A DNA stretch of 64,000 nt from Candidatus Sulfomarinibacteraceae bacterium (GTDB taxonomy: Bacteria > Acidobacteriota > Thermoanaerobaculia > Thermoanaerobaculales > Sulfomarinibacteraceae). The stretch's first letter is position 1. Every line of letters starts with the position of its first letter. The stretch spans positions 192,001-256,000 of the forward strand of contig CAWCLO010000004.1 of NCBI GenBank assembly GCA_963796455.1, read 5' to 3'. The position numbers and the translations under genes were made by a program. Of the stretch, positions 62,052 through 64,000 are shown in pieces. The notes beneath the pieces were generated by a model. That model did no database searches. It saw only the letters and a list, made by a program, of their open reading frames with translations, and had not been told where the DNA came from.

Positions 62052-62615
62052 ATGAGCCAACAAAAAGTCAAAGCATCCGTATTGAAATCCAGGTTGGCAT
62101 TTGTCGAGACCCGGTTCGGCAGTGAGGGGCTCGATAAAGTCCTCAAGAGCCTCGACGAGGAAGACCGGAAAGCCCTCGCCGGGATGGTCCCGGTGGCGTG
62201 GCTCGATTTCGGAGTGGGGAAACGCTTGGATGATGCCATCGTCAGGGTTCTGGGTGGAGGCCGGACGGAGATCTTCGAACGTTTGGGTGAGGCGTCGGCG
62301 GACAGCAATCTCACGACAGCCCACGCGGCTTTCATCGCTCCCGGGGATCCCCAGGCCTTCCTTGCCAAAGCGCCGCAGATCTATCGGATGTACTACCAGA
62401 CCGGGCGGCGCGAGTACGAGGCCCTCGGCGAAAACGAGGGCGTGTTGACCACCTACGATGCGGAGACGTTTTCCAAACCGGACTGCCTGACGGTCATCGG
62501 TTGGTACCGGCGGGCGCTCGAAATGTGCGGTGCCAAGACGGTACGGATTCACGAGGAGCAGTGCCGCGCAGCCGGCGGTGAGGTCTGTCGTTACCGGGTC
62601 AGTTGGAAGACCTGA
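62052..62615 (+). CDS. DUF2378/TIGR02265-like protein with a V4R-type C-terminus
   Basis: GWYRRALEMCG..EEQCRAAGGEVCRY. Confidence 0.65.
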   Translation: MSQQKVKASVLKSRLAFVETRFGSEGLDKVLKSLDEEDRKALAGMVPVAWLDFGVGKRLDDAIVRVLGGGRTEIFERLGEASADSNLTTAHAAFIAPGDPQAFLAKAPQIYRMYYQTGRREYEALGENEGVLTTYDAETFSKPDCLTVIGWYRRALEMCGAKTVRIHEEQCRAAGGEVCRYRVSWKT

Positions 62616-62621
62616 AGAGCT

Positions 62622-63143
62622 TCAAATTCCTTCGAGACTGATCTCGGCGGTGTCGAACCAGAAGCCGGCCCCGGTGACCATATCCATCTCCGCCTGGACG
62701 ATGGCCACATGGCCTTCTTCGATCTCGACGAATCGTTCGAAAAGCTGTTTGCCTTCGGCATCCAGGGTGGCCACCATCTGCTTGTAAAAGGCGCTGGTCT
62801 CCCGTTCCAACTGGAGCGCCTTGGTGAGGCTTTCGAGTTCGGTGCCGCGGCTAACCCGTCGATCCGGCGAGAGGTTCTGCTTGAGCTTGGCGGCGTGGTT
62901 TTCGATCGCTGCCTTTGGAACCAGCACGGTTGAAAGATCGACCACGGTGATTTTTCCGGTCGAGCGCCACTCCGACAAGCGCTCCTTGAGGTATTTGATG
63001 TGTCCGAGTTCTTCGTCGCACAGGGTTGCGAACACCTTTTTCGCCACCTCGTGTTCGGCTTTCTCGACCGCCTCGGCATATGTGTGGTGGACTCGCGCCT
63101 CGAATTCGAGGGCAGTGGTGATTGCCTGCTCCAGATTCATCAT
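62622..63143 (-). CDS. Rubrerythrin/ferritin-like diiron protein
   Basis: ALEFE..EELGH..ALQLE..EEGH. Confidence 0.88.
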   Translation of the reverse strand: MMNLEQAITTALEFEARVHHTYAEAVEKAEHEVAKKVFATLCDEELGHIKYLKERLSEWRSTGKITVVDLSTVLVPKAAIENHAAKLKQNLSPDRRVSRGTELESLTKALQLERETSAFYKQMVATLDAEGKQLFERFVEIEEGHVAIVQAEMDMVTGAGFWFDTAEISLEGI

Positions 63144-63240
63144 TTCCTCCAGCAGCTTGCGTTCGCTGACATTATGCTCCTTCCCGGCCGACCTTGCGTG
63201 TTAGCCTTTTCGGACCAGGCGATCAGAAAAGGGGGATCCG

Positions 63241-64000
63241 ATGGGAAAGACAGTCTTCAAGGTGGCGATTTGGTTTTTGGCTTATATGCTGATCGCGCCG
63301 GCGGTGGGAGCCGGGACCGAAGAATCAGAGAGCCCGGATTTCAAACAAGTCCTCAGTCTCGAATCATCCAGCGGCCCCCGCATCGCCCCCGATGGCGGCG
63401 ACGTGCTGTACTCGGTCAACACCGTCGACTGGGAAAACAACCGTTATGATTCCGAAATCTGGCTGTCGAGAAAGAGCGGCGAATCGTTCCAACTGACGCG
63501 AACGGATGACGGTCGGAGCAGCGGCGCCAGTTGGTCGCCGAACGGATCGTGGGTGGCGTTTTTGGCCGATCGAGGCACGGACACCCAGATCTGGCTGATT
63601 GCTCCGACGGGCGGAGAGGCGCGACCTCTGACAGCGGTCGAAGGCGGTGTCTCGGACTACCAATGGTCACCGGATGGTCGATTGATGGCGGTTTCGGTTA
63701 CCGAACCGCAATCTTCCGAGGACAAAAAACGTGAAGAAAAATTCGGCCAGTATTCGGTCGAAGACCGGGATTTTCGACTGACCCACCTCTGGGTCCTGGA
63801 TGTGCAAGCCGCGCTGGCTCAGGATAGTGGTGCCGAGCTGCCGGATGCCGAAACCGGGGAAGATGATGAAGGCGAAAAGATCGCGGAGGACCCGAAGCCT
63901 GATGAGGATTCAGAATCAAATGGTGAATCACCGTTTCGCCGCCTCACCGGCGGGAGCGACTTCACGGTTCGAAATTTTCGTTGGTCTCCCGACGGCAGCC
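63241..64000 (+). CDS. Probable S9 peptidase, N-terminal propeller (runs off the window)
   Basis: MGKTVFK signal peptide, IAPDG, WSPNG, WSPDG repeats; no stop in the window, so absent from the ORF track. Confidence 0.8.
   Translation, partial: MGKTVFKVAIWFLAYMLIAPAVGAGTEESESPDFKQVLSLESSSGPRIAPDGGDVLYSVNTVDWENNRYDSEIWLSRKSGESFQLTRTDDGRSSGASWSPNGSWVAFLADRGTDTQIWLIAPTGGEARPLTAVEGGVSDYQWSPDGRLMAVSVTEPQSSEDKKREEKFGQYSVEDRDFRLTHLWVLDVQAALAQDSGAELPDAETGEDDEGEKIAEDPKPDEDSESNGESPFRRLTGGSDFTVRNFRWSPDGS

Overview
GC-rich bacterial window. Gene content and intergenic repeat style suggest a sediment-type Acidobacteriota such as Thermoanaerobaculia (inference only). Housekeeping or common genes: carAB, an SDR, gmd, TrpB2, a MATE pump, FKBP, a 2Fe-2S ferredoxin, TMEM175, EamA, a ferritin-like protein and several peptidases. 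Accessory features: (1) a family of inverted-repeat-bounded elements without a transposase, two carrying a four-helix-bundle (23S-IVP/Avd-like) gene behind a conserved hairpin that covers the RBS, plus ORF-less derivatives; one copy is inserted into another repeat whose empty version is also in the window; (2) a duplicated ~124-nt four-way-junction sequence whose G-U pairs favour the minus strand (candidate ncRNA); (3) two probable selenoproteins split by in-frame UGA in the ORF track; (4) a RAYT transposase with REP doublets; (5) a BlaI/BlaR1-like pair with a His/Met-rich 14-aa-repeat sensor domain and a tandem operator; (6) four tandem secreted beta-helix paralogs with exchangeable C-terminal tags; (7) a ~10 kb block of orphan surface proteins ending in a YefM/Phd remnant. 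Five genes have single-base frameshifts in short homopolymers, probably assembly errors. No rRNA, tRNA or CRISPR array was recognised. All calls were made by eye, without database searches.
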